A DNA stretch of 64,000 bases from Thermoleophilia bacterium UBA2241 (GTDB taxonomy: Bacteria > Actinomycetota > Thermoleophilia > UBA2241), in assembly GCA_002347645.1 (NCBI GenBank), contig DDYF01000039.1, positions 68,541 through 132,540 of the forward strand. The letters run 5' to 3'. Below, in pieces: positions 38,867-47,323 of this stretch (within the stretch, counting starts at the first letter, position 1; every line of letters starts with the position of its first letter). The notes under the pieces were generated by a model that worked only from the letters and a program-made list of their open reading frames with translations, was not told where the DNA came from and did no database searches. A program made the translations under genes and the position numbers.

Positions 38867-39127
38867 TCAGGCGATGAACTTCCCCGCGTCAGGCTCGAAG
38901 TAGCGCACCTCGCGGACGGCCTCGTACGGCACCTGGAAGGCGTCGAGCACGCCGACGATCGACTGTGCGTCGGGCGCTTCCCAGTCGCAGTACGTGACCG
39001 GGTCGCTTGTCCCGCACCACGTGCACAGCCAGTTGACGCCCTCCGGCATCTCCCCGCGGCGCTGCGCGAGGCCGGCCAGGTCTTGCTCCTTGAAGGATCC
39101 GGGATGGACGGCGATGAAACGCGGCAT
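38867..39127 (-). CDS. DUF4242-like small protein, 86 aa
   Basis: MPRFIAVHPGSFKEQDLAGL... with a CxWCG stretch. Start is the internal ATG of ORF 38867..39220. Confidence 0.5.
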   Translation of the reverse strand: MPRFIAVHPGSFKEQDLAGLAQRRGEMPEGVNWLCTWCGTSDPVTYCDWEAPDAQSIVGVLDAFQVPYEAVREVRYFEPDAGKFIA

Positions 39128-39271
39128 GGCTCCCCTCCTTGTCCTGCTCGCGCGGGCGCGCCCCCGCTCCCGCGCCTCGGCGGGCCGCGGCGCGCGTGCG
39201 GCGTCGGGCCCGCTCTCCACGACAGGTATCTACCACGGAAGCGGCCAGATGCCGCCGTTGACGTCGGGTGG

Positions 39272-40216
39272 CTACGGCGCCGGTTCCGGCTCCTCCCCGA
39301 GGAGCGACGGGTCGGCCGCCGTGGCGTCGTAGCGTGACGTGGTCTTGAACGGCTCGAAGTCGCCCCCGGCGCCGAACGGCGCCGTCCTCGCCAGCAGGGC
39401 CTCGCGCCCGGCGTCGCCGAGGGGCCGGAAGGAGTGTACGGCCGACAGGGCCTGAGCGAGGATCGGCAGGCTGTCGATTCCTGCGATCACGACGGACGTG
39501 GGCAGGTCAAGCGCGTAGTGAAGGCACTCCGTCGGCGTCACGGCGCCCGTCTTGAGCAGGTGGCCGTCGGCCATGCTCTTCATGCCCAGGACGCCGATCC
39601 CCCGCTCGACCAGGCACGGTACGACCTGTCGCGCGAAGCTGCGGTAGTGGGCGTCGAGCAGGTTCAGGGGCATCTGCACGGCGTCGAAGGTGAACCCGTG
39701 CTGCTCGGCGACCTCCAGCGTGTGCAGATGGACGGCCGGGTCCTTGTGACCGGTGAAACCGATGTAGCGCAGCTTGCCGGCTTCACGAGCCGTCAGCAGC
39801 GCCTCATGGGCGCCGTCCTGGCGGAAGATGCGGTGCGGGTCCTCGAAGCGCAGGACCTCATGGTGCTGGACCAAGTCGACGTGGTCGACCTGGAGGCGGC
39901 GCAGCGACTCGTCGAGCTGCCTCGCCGCCTCCTTCCTCGTCCGTCCGTCGATCTTGGTCATGAGGAAGACGCGCTCGCGATAGCCGTCGCGCAGCGCCTT
40001 GCCCATGCGGACCTCGCTGAGACCGTCGTTGTAGTCCCAGCAGTTGTCCATGAACGTGATGCCGTGGTCGACGGCCTCGCGCACCAGGCGCACGGCGAGC
40101 GCCTCGTCGACGTGCTCCATCCCGAGATGGTAACCGCCGAGGCCGATCGCCGAGACCCGCTCGCCGGTGGTCCCGAGATCGCGGTAGAGCATGTCCGGAT
40201 GCTGTTCCGCCGGCAT
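39272..40216 (-). CDS. Aldo/keto reductase family oxidoreductase
   Basis: 314 aa from MPAEQHPDMLYRDLG, behind a GAGGAAG Shine-Dalgarno. AKR blocks GITFMDNCWDY, HVDLVQHH and IGFTGHK are present. Confidence 0.85.
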   Translation of the reverse strand: MPAEQHPDMLYRDLGTTGERVSAIGLGGYHLGMEHVDEALAVRLVREAVDHGITFMDNCWDYNDGLSEVRMGKALRDGYRERVFLMTKIDGRTRKEAARQLDESLRRLQVDHVDLVQHHEVLRFEDPHRIFRQDGAHEALLTAREAGKLRYIGFTGHKDPAVHLHTLEVAEQHGFTFDAVQMPLNLLDAHYRSFARQVVPCLVERGIGVLGMKSMADGHLLKTGAVTPTECLHYALDLPTSVVIAGIDSLPILAQALSAVHSFRPLGDAGREALLARTAPFGAGGDFEPFKTTSRYDATAADPSLLGEEPEPAP

Positions 40217-40259
40217 GGCATCTTCCTCACGTGTCGACGCAGCGACTATACTCTCGGAC

Positions 40260-41537
40260 GTGCCCACCGTCGCCGAGAACTTGTCGCCGTTGGTGTGCCA
40301 CCTGTGTGGTGGGGAGTCCCCGCTGCGCATGCGCTTCTGGGACGGGAGCGAGCTGGGGCCTGAAAGCGGCGAGACCGTGGTCGTGTTCACGTCGGCGAAC
40401 GCCGTGCGACGCGTCCTGTGGATGCCCAACGAGCTCGGCCTGGCGCGGGCGTACGTCGCCGGCGAGGTCGACGTCGACGGAGACATCTACGGGCTCTTCA
40501 GGCTGCAGGGCCTGCTCTCGCCGGCTGATCGCCCGAGCGGATGGGCAGCCCGCCTGGAGAGCGGGCGGCGGCTGGTGGAGGCCGCGCGGGCCACGGGCGC
40601 GCTCGGCCCTCCGCTCGAGCCGCCGCCCGAAGAGGCGCGCCTCCACGGCCTGCGACACTCGCGGGCGCGCGACGCGCGAGCCATCGCCCATCACTACGAC
40701 GTCTCGAACGACTTCTACCGCCTCTTCCTCGGCGAGACCATGACCTACTCGTGCGCGTACTTCGCGACGCCGGAGACGCCACTGGCCGACGCGCAGCGCG
40801 CCAAGTACGACCTGATCTGCCGCAAGCTCGGCCTGCGGCCCGGCATGCGGCTCCTCGACGTCGGCTGCGGCTGGGGCGGCATGGCGATGCACGCCGCCGA
40901 GCGCTACGGCGCGCAGGCCGTCGGCGTCACCGTGTCGCAACGCCAGGTGGACTACGCGCGCGACGCGGTCGCGGCCGCCGGGCTGGGCGACCGCGTCGAC
41001 ATCCGCCTGCAGGACTACCGCGACGTGGCCGACGGCCCGTTCGACGCGATCTCGAGCATCGGCATGTTCGAGCACGTCGGGCGCGCGAAGCTCGGCGAGT
41101 ACTTCGGCCGCCTGTACGGCCTGCTGCGCCCCGGCGGCCGGCTGCTGAACCACGGCATCTGCCGGCCGCGCGGCAGTCGCGGCCTGCGCCGCACCTCCTT
41201 CGCCGGCCGCTACGTCTTTCCCGACGGCGAGCTGCACGAGGTCGGCATCGTCGCCAAGGCCATGCAGGCACGCGGCTTCGAGGTGCGGGACACGCAGTCG
41301 CTGCGCGAGCACTACGCGCTCACGCTCCGTCACTGGGTGCGCAACCTCGAGGAGCACTGGGACGATGCCGTTCGCCTCTCGAGCCCCGGCCGGGCGCGCG
41401 TGTGGCGACTCTACATGGCCGGCTCGGCCGAGAACTTCGCCAACGGCAAGACCACCGTCCACCAGGTGCTCGCGGTGCGCCCCGACGCCGACGGCAGGTC
41501 CGGCCTGCCCCTCACGCGCGAGGCCCTCGCCGGCTGA
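40260..41537 (+). CDS. Cyclopropane-fatty-acyl-phospholipid synthase family SAM-dependent methyltransferase
   Basis: The SAM motif reads LLDVGCGWGGMAMHAAERYGAQAVGVTVSQRQ and the family C-terminal blocks are present. The start is uncertain (GTG 40260 chosen). The upstream ATG 40191 would overlap the divergent aldo/keto reductase start. Confidence 0.75.
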   Translation: MPTVAENLSPLVCHLCGGESPLRMRFWDGSELGPESGETVVVFTSANAVRRVLWMPNELGLARAYVAGEVDVDGDIYGLFRLQGLLSPADRPSGWAARLESGRRLVEAARATGALGPPLEPPPEEARLHGLRHSRARDARAIAHHYDVSNDFYRLFLGETMTYSCAYFATPETPLADAQRAKYDLICRKLGLRPGMRLLDVGCGWGGMAMHAAERYGAQAVGVTVSQRQVDYARDAVAAAGLGDRVDIRLQDYRDVADGPFDAISSIGMFEHVGRAKLGEYFGRLYGLLRPGGRLLNHGICRPRGSRGLRRTSFAGRYVFPDGELHEVGIVAKAMQARGFEVRDTQSLREHYALTLRHWVRNLEEHWDDAVRLSSPGRARVWRLYMAGSAENFANGKTTVHQVLAVRPDADGRSGLPLTREALAG

Positions 41538-41593
41538 CCAGCCGCCGCGGCGTGGGCACCGGGGGACCGAGCAAAGAGCGAGAGGAGCCCTTC

Positions 41594-41968
41594 GTGGCGG
41601 CATGCCACACGCCCCCAGACGGTCCTGAGGCAGGTCTGTCACGTCTCGTCGCCCAAGCCGTGGACGACCTTGCGAGTCGCCTGCGCGTGCCTTCCGGCGA
41701 GGTCGAGGTGCTTGAGGCGCGGGCGGTCATCTGGCCGGACGCGAGCTGCGGCTGTCCGCGCCCGGGCATGCGGTTCAAGCAGGTGCCCGTCGACGGCGCC
41801 CTCATCCGCCTCGCCGTCACGGACCGCGGGTTCGAGTACCACAGTGGCTCGGGCGGACGACCGTTCCTGTGCGCGTCCGCGCCCCCGCTCACCGGCGGGC
41901 CCCGCGGCCCCTTTGACCTGAAGCCGAGGGACCCTGCGAGCGACGAGCGCGCCGATCCGTCCCGCTGA
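41594..41968 (+). CDS. Hypothetical protein, 124 aa, no family recognised
   Basis: GTG start behind a GAGAGGAG Shine-Dalgarno, in frame with ORF 40541..41968. It contains CGCP. Confidence 0.4.
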   Translation: MAACHTPPDGPEAGLSRLVAQAVDDLASRLRVPSGEVEVLEARAVIWPDASCGCPRPGMRFKQVPVDGALIRLAVTDRGFEYHSGSGGRPFLCASAPPLTGGPRGPFDLKPRDPASDERADPSR

Positions 41969-42074
41969 CCGGCCCTGGGCGCGCGTCTCCCGGGCGAGCG
42001 CCGGAAAGGGCAGCGCGGAACGCGCAGCGGGGCCCGTGGAGCAGGCCCGTCGCGCCGCCCGCAGGCAGAAGACG

Positions 42075-42156
42075 GCCGCCCGCCGGATGACGATCCGGCG
42101 GGCGGCCGCTGTGTGAGAAGCGTGAGCCGGGCCCGGGCGTCGCCCGGGCCCGGCTC
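42075..42156. terminator. Two consecutive perfect GC-rich hairpins between convergent genes, probably bidirectional terminators
   Basis: Seen in sequence. The first is CGCCCGCCGGATgacgATCCGGCGGGCG (12-bp stem). The second is GAGCCGGGCCCGGGCGtcgCGCCCGGGCCCGGCTC-like (about 14-bp stem), followed by a T-containing tract. Confidence 0.5.
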
Positions 42157-42170
42157 ATCTGCGTCTTGCT

Positions 42171-45131
42171 CTACCGGTTGTCGACGTTGACCAGCGTGAG
42201 GCCCATCAGGCCGCTGTCGCCGGTGTGCGACACGGCGCCGAGGTGCCACTCGCCGGCCGTCGCGCCCGTCCAGCTCACGTTGACGGGCTCGGTCGCACCG
42301 AGCGTCGCCGACGCTGGCGCCGAGTCGATGGTGAGGTTGCCGCCCGGCGTCGCCGAGACGGCCCACGTGTACATGGTGTAGTCGGAGTCTGTCCCGATCG
42401 TCTGCCAGCCGTGCACGAAGACATACCAGGTGCCGTCCGCCGGAAGCAGGATGTCGACCCGCTCGTCAGTGCCACCGCTTGTGCTGCTGGCGTACAGGTT
42501 CCCGTCGGGGTCGAAGACATACACGTCGAGGTCGTTGTCGGCCTCGGTGCCGTCCGGCGGCAGGACAAGCCTGAAGAAGGCCGCCCCGGTGAGGTCGAAC
42601 GTGTGCAGGGTGCTGAAGCCGTCACCCGGGTCGAACGTCTGATCCGGATCTTGGACCACGTTGCCAAGGGTGACCGTCGCCGGCACGAGGCCGTGCGCGG
42701 CCGCGGTGTACGAGCCGGTGTACCCGAAGGTGACGTTGAAGCTCGCCGCGCCGGTCTCGCCCATGCCGGCGATCTCCGCCGGCGCCTTGAAGAGCGCACC
42801 CTTCACGGCGATCGGGCTGTAGACCGAGTAGCCCTGCTTCTTGGCGCCCATCGAGCGGTCCGAGACCCACGTCAGTGAGCCGAAGCGCCACTCGCCCGCC
42901 GGGGCGCTGACGTTAGTGATGGTGACCTTGTACGTCGCCGGCCTGCCGACCGGGACGACGAGCACCTTCGGCGACACCTTCACGGTGAAGCCCTCCGGCG
43001 CCTCGACCACAGGCTTGAGCTGCAGCGCGCTGCCCGAGACGTTCGTCAGGGTCCGCTTGACCGTGATGGCGCCGGGCAGCTCGGCCACGCCGATCGACGG
43101 GTAGTTGAGGTTGTAGGCCTGCGTCGGCACGCCCGCCGCCTCGAGAGCCGCGCGCGTGGCATCCGGGTCGGCGAACACCTCGGGAGCGGCGTCGCACAGG
43201 AAGCCGAGGTACTCGTTCCAGCCCGCGTCGTAGGCGACGCCGGGCTTGAACGGCGAGCCGTTGGCGACGGAGCTGGGATCGACGTGGCCGCTGCCCATGG
43301 CGAATGGATCAGCCTGCGCCACGCCGTCCTCGGCCTTCACGTCCTGGTAGGCCGTCGTCATGATCGCCGACTTGGCGATGGCGGGGCTCCATCTGGGGTG
43401 AGCCTGCTTGACGAGGGCGAACACCCCGGCCACGTGCGGGCTCGACATGGACGTGCCGCCGATCGACTGGAACAGCTCGCCGGGCACGAACCCCGGATCG
43501 GGGAAGGGCGAGGCGCCGGCGAGGATGTTCACGCCGGGAGCCGTGACGTCGGGCTTGATGATGTCCACCGCGACCGGGTTGGGGCCCCGAGACGAGAACG
43601 ACGCCATCCACGGGGCTTCGATCTCCGTGTACACGCCGCCGTTGATCTGGGCGACCGGCTCGACCGTCGCGGCGATGTAGGCCTTGATGGCCAGACCGTC
43701 GGTGTTGTTGATGTGCACGGTCGGCAACCAGTGCGTATCGGTGTTGAGGTCCTGGGCGTCGTCCGTGTTGTACAGGATCATCCCGGCGCCGCCGGCGGAG
43801 GAGACGGCGTAACCCTTCTCCACCCGCGCGTACACGCCACGCTTGACGAGCACGATCTTGCCCGCGACGTCGGCGGGGTTGAAGCCCACGCTCGGGTCAC
43901 CGAGCTCGTTGCCCAGGTCCGCGGCGTCCACCAGAGGCAGCTCTTCGGTGCTCGCCGTGATGGATGCGCCGAAGAACTCCCAGCCGTCACTCGAGCTGAC
44001 GGAGCCCTGGAACGTGCGGCTCTGCGTGCTGGCACCCACGGTCGTGAGCCACGGCCAGATACCGGGGCTGCCGACGGTCTCGGGACCAGGGCCGTCGTTG
44101 CCGGCCGAGGTCGCCACGAAGACGCCCGCGTCGGCGGCGAAGAGGAAGGCGATGTCGTCGGCGCCCGGCGAACCCGCGCCGCCGCCGATCGAGTAGTTGA
44201 TCACGTCCACGCCGTCGGCGACGGCCTGGTCGATGGCGGCCGCGAGATCCGACGTGTAGCCGCCCAGGTTGCCCAGGGCCTTGTAGGCGATGACGCGCGC
44301 ACGAGGAGCGATACCCGAGACGGTCCCGAAGGGGACGCCCGAGATGCTCGCCTCGACGTCGGCGTTGCCGGCCGCCGTGGAGGCGGTGTGCGTGCCGTGG
44401 CCGTCGTCGTCACGGGCCGAGTCGAACTCGTCCGGGTCCGCACCGGTGTAGGTGCGATAGGTGTCGAGGATCTGGTAGGCGCCGAGGAGCTTGTTGTTCT
44501 CCTCGGTGTAGGGCGCGTCGTTCGGGTTGTGCGCCGTGTTACCGAAGTCGTAGGGCAGGCCCTCGAAGCGGAGCATCGGCATGTACGTGCCGTCGTCGGC
44601 GAAGCTCGGGTGCTCCGGCCAGATACCCGTGTCGACCACGCCGACGACGACGCCCTCGCCGTTGTAGCCCCTGGCCCACGGGCCGGCAGGGCCAGTGAGG
44701 CCGAGGAAGCTCGGCGAGTTGTCGGTGGTCTTCTGGCGCAACTGGTCCTTGAGCACCATCAGCACGCCGGACTGGCGCTTCATGTCGGCGGCCTGCGCCT
44801 TGGTCAGAGCAACGGCGAAGCCGTTCAGCGAGATCGTGTAGTCGTGGATCTTCTGGCGCGCGTCGATGCCCACCGCGGCGAGCGCCTTGTTGTGCTTGCC
44901 GCGCAGGTACTTCTCGTACTGGTTCACGCGCGCGCTGTCGGCGGCGATCTTCTTGCCGACGGCCGGCTTCGTCGCCTGAAGACCCTTGACCCCGCCGTCG
45001 TAGGCGACGGCCGGCTTGGCCTTCATGATGACGACGTACACGTCCTTGCCGGCGTCGAGCGCCTGCGCGGGCACCGCCGCGAGCAAGGCCAAGGCCAAGG
45101 CAAGGAGCAGCAGCAAGACCGGTCTCTTCAT
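42171..45131 (-). CDS. Large secreted S8 (subtilisin-like) serine peptidase with an N-terminal inhibitor_I9-like propeptide, a PA-type insertion and C-terminal domains
   Basis: 986 aa from MKRPVLLLLLALALALLAAVPAQA (signal peptide), behind a GAGGGGG Shine-Dalgarno. Catalytic triad blocks are VVGVVDTGI (Asp), HGTHTASTAAG (His) and GTSMSSPHVAG (Ser). Confidence 0.85.
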   Translation of the reverse strand: MKRPVLLLLLALALALLAAVPAQALDAGKDVYVVIMKAKPAVAYDGGVKGLQATKPAVGKKIAADSARVNQYEKYLRGKHNKALAAVGIDARQKIHDYTISLNGFAVALTKAQAADMKRQSGVLMVLKDQLRQKTTDNSPSFLGLTGPAGPWARGYNGEGVVVGVVDTGIWPEHPSFADDGTYMPMLRFEGLPYDFGNTAHNPNDAPYTEENNKLLGAYQILDTYRTYTGADPDEFDSARDDDGHGTHTASTAAGNADVEASISGVPFGTVSGIAPRARVIAYKALGNLGGYTSDLAAAIDQAVADGVDVINYSIGGGAGSPGADDIAFLFAADAGVFVATSAGNDGPGPETVGSPGIWPWLTTVGASTQSRTFQGSVSSSDGWEFFGASITASTEELPLVDAADLGNELGDPSVGFNPADVAGKIVLVKRGVYARVEKGYAVSSAGGAGMILYNTDDAQDLNTDTHWLPTVHINNTDGLAIKAYIAATVEPVAQINGGVYTEIEAPWMASFSSRGPNPVAVDIIKPDVTAPGVNILAGASPFPDPGFVPGELFQSIGGTSMSSPHVAGVFALVKQAHPRWSPAIAKSAIMTTAYQDVKAEDGVAQADPFAMGSGHVDPSSVANGSPFKPGVAYDAGWNEYLGFLCDAAPEVFADPDATRAALEAAGVPTQAYNLNYPSIGVAELPGAITVKRTLTNVSGSALQLKPVVEAPEGFTVKVSPKVLVVPVGRPATYKVTITNVSAPAGEWRFGSLTWVSDRSMGAKKQGYSVYSPIAVKGALFKAPAEIAGMGETGAASFNVTFGYTGSYTAAAHGLVPATVTLGNVVQDPDQTFDPGDGFSTLHTFDLTGAAFFRLVLPPDGTEADNDLDVYVFDPDGNLYASSTSGGTDERVDILLPADGTWYVFVHGWQTIGTDSDYTMYTWAVSATPGGNLTIDSAPASATLGATEPVNVSWTGATAGEWHLGAVSHTGDSGLMGLTLVNVDNR

Positions 45132-45555
45132 GTCGTACCCCCTCGTCGTTCTCGATCGTCGTACGGATGCTTGAACCTGGTGACGTCGGTGATGCCGGAG
45201 CAGCGTACCTCCTGGTGGGATTACCTCTGCGAACGGAGTCGGTCGCGGGAGGCCGGGACCGACGGGGTCGCGTGACCCCGGGCCGCGACTACGGCGACCG
45301 TGAGCATGCCTGTCGTTGGTACCCCCTTCGCCGACCCGGACGTCTCGGCCCCGGGTCGCTCTGCCGGTGAGGCGGCACGGCCCCACGCGGCGTAAGTCGG
45401 AGCGTACCACGCCGGATACGGTACCCGTATGATCCGTCGGATCATGGGCGTTGCCCGCGACGTATACGTGAGACGAGCCTCGCGGACGTGCGCTGAGGGG
45501 CGGACACGTGCCACGAGTGAGGACGGCCGGGATACGAGGGAAGACGAGCGGGGCT

Positions 45556-45630
45556 TGGAGGCGGCGACCGGAGTCGAACCGGTGAATGAGGGTTTTGCAG
45601 ACCCTTGCCTTACCACTTGGCTACGCCGCC
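45556..45630 (-). tRNA. tRNA-Cys (anticodon GCA), CCA encoded
   Basis: The reverse complement reads GGCGGCGTAGCCAAGTGGTAAGGCAAGGGTCTGCAAAACCCTCATTCACCGGTTCGACTCCGGTCGCCGCCUCCA. The anticodon loop is CUGCAAA and the discriminator is U. Confidence 0.85.
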
Positions 45631-45641
45631 CCGGAGGGGTC

Positions 45642-45718
45642 TGGAGCGGGTGAAGGGACTCGAACCCTCGACCTTCTGCATGGCAAGCAGACGCTCTAGC
45701 CGACTGAGCTACACCCGC
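45642..45718 (-). tRNA. tRNA-Gly (anticodon GCC), CCA encoded
   Basis: The reverse complement reads GCGGGTGTAGCTCAGTCGGCTAGAGCGTCTGCTTGCCATGCAGAAGGTCGAGGGTTCGAGTCCCTTCACCCGCTCCA. The anticodon loop is UUGCCAU. Confidence 0.85.
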
Positions 45719-45889
45719 AGCAGACGGCGATGATACCCCACCGGCTTCGCCAGGCGCAATCGACGCGCGGCTCGGCTTCGCTCGCGCCGGCGGCGCCAAC
45801 ACGGCGGATCCCTTTGCAGCCTGCTACGTACGGAGTAGTCTCGCTCTCGTCGACGCGCGGACCGCGGACGTCTGTGATGGAGGGGGACC

Positions 45890-47254
45890 ATGGAAGCGGG
45901 CACCAGGGCGGCCGGGAGCGGCGCCGCGGAGCCTGACGGGGGCGCCGGCAGCGGCCCGCCGCCGCAGGCGCCCGGACCGGCGCCCAGCGCTTTCGAGCCG
46001 CTGCTCTACGTGCACGTCGTCATCAGCGCGACGCTCACCGGCATCGTGCTGCTGCTCTACCTGGTCGTCTTCTCGACGGGGATGCGGTTGCTCTGGGAGA
46101 ACGACTTCGTCTCCGCCCACCGGTGGGCGTTCCCGCTCGTCTGCCTGCCGTCCTCCCTCGTCATCGGCCTGCTCGTCAAGTACCTCCACGCGCCCACCGC
46201 GATGACGGAATCGCTCACCGACAGCCTCGCCGGCGACACCTCGCGCATCGAGTGGCGCCGCTTTCCCGTGAGCGCCGCCCAGGCACTCATCTCGCTGTTC
46301 TCCGGCGCCGCGCTCGGGCCCGAAGGGGGGCTAGGGCTGCTCGCCTCGCAGATCGCCACCTGGTACGGCCACGTCTTCCGCCTCGCGCCCGCGCAACGGG
46401 CGAGGCTCGTCTACGCAAGCGTGGCCTCGGCTTACAACGGGATCCTGCAGAACCCGCTCTTCGCGGGCGTCCTTGGCGTGGAGCTGTCCGACAAGGTGAC
46501 GGGGCGTGCCGTCCTGGCGGCAAATCTCATCGGCGGAGCCGTCGGCTACGCGGTGTTCGGCTGGATGTTCCACATGGTGGATGCGCCCAACGTCGCCGGT
46601 CTGCTCGGACTCGAGCCCCTCGAGGACGTCGGACTCGTCGATGCCCTGCTCATCGTGGTGGCGTCACTGTTGGGGGTGGTGTTGGCCGCCGTCTCGGCTG
46701 TCCTGTTCAAGGTCGTCGAGAGGGCGTTCGCCCGGTTCCGCGACGAGGTCGTGCGGGCGATCGTCGCGGGGGCGATCTTCAGCGTTGCCGGCGTGATCGC
46801 CCCCGTGCTCATGTTCTCCGGAGAGACGCAGGTGCACTCCCTCGTCGAGGACCCTGCCCACTACGGCGCGGCGCTCCTGCTGCTCCTGGGCGTCGCGAAG
46901 CTGGCCTTGCTCGCCGTCGGGTTCAGAAGCGGCTTTCTCGGCGGCGCCATCTTCCCGACCGTCTTCGCCCTCGTCGCCGTGGCGCTGGCCATCGACCTCG
47001 TCCTGCCCGACGGCGTCGCGCAGGAAGGCGTCCTGGTGGCCGGGCTCATGGTCGGCTTCATGGTAGTCGCCTTCCGCACGCCGTTCATGGTCATCCTGCT
47101 CGTGGCATTCATGCTCGAAGCGAGCATGGACCACGTGGCGCTGATCGTCCTGGCCGTCGCGGCGGTGTTGATCGTCAGCCCGCTGCTGGAGCGCCTCGTT
47201 GCCTCAAGGAAGGCGGGGAGCGTGGCGACGGGCGAAGGAGTGGGTGACGGCTAG
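45890..47254 (+). CDS. ClC-family voltage-gated chloride channel / H+-Cl- antiporter homologue
   Basis: 454 aa with 10-12 helices. It has the ClC selectivity-filter-like motifs GAALGPEGG and GGAIFPTVF. Confidence 0.65.
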   Translation: MEAGTRAAGSGAAEPDGGAGSGPPPQAPGPAPSAFEPLLYVHVVISATLTGIVLLLYLVVFSTGMRLLWENDFVSAHRWAFPLVCLPSSLVIGLLVKYLHAPTAMTESLTDSLAGDTSRIEWRRFPVSAAQALISLFSGAALGPEGGLGLLASQIATWYGHVFRLAPAQRARLVYASVASAYNGILQNPLFAGVLGVELSDKVTGRAVLAANLIGGAVGYAVFGWMFHMVDAPNVAGLLGLEPLEDVGLVDALLIVVASLLGVVLAAVSAVLFKVVERAFARFRDEVVRAIVAGAIFSVAGVIAPVLMFSGETQVHSLVEDPAHYGAALLLLLGVAKLALLAVGFRSGFLGGAIFPTVFALVAVALAIDLVLPDGVAQEGVLVAGLMVGFMVVAFRTPFMVILLVAFMLEASMDHVALIVLAVAAVLIVSPLLERLVASRKAGSVATGEGVGDG

Positions 47255-47323
47255 GCTAGTCGGCCAACGACAACGACGGGCGTCGAGTCCTTGCGGCTCG
47301 GCCCCGGAGTCCCGTCATGCGCG

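Noticed and set aside
40191-40262. ATG 40191 as the start of the cyclopropane-fatty-acyl-phospholipid synthase-like gene
   Set aside because: It would overlap the divergent aldo/keto reductase start codon (40216) by 26 nt, including its Shine-Dalgarno. A TATACT -10-like box lies at about 40245. A downstream GTG or TTG start is more plausible, though the exact start remains uncertain.
41512-42366. A 284-aa ORF on the minus strand between the cyclopropane-fatty-acyl-phospholipid synthase-like gene and the S8 protease
   Set aside because: It is low-complexity, and two perfect terminator hairpins sit in its middle. It overlaps the better-supported plus-strand hypothetical gene at 41594..41968.
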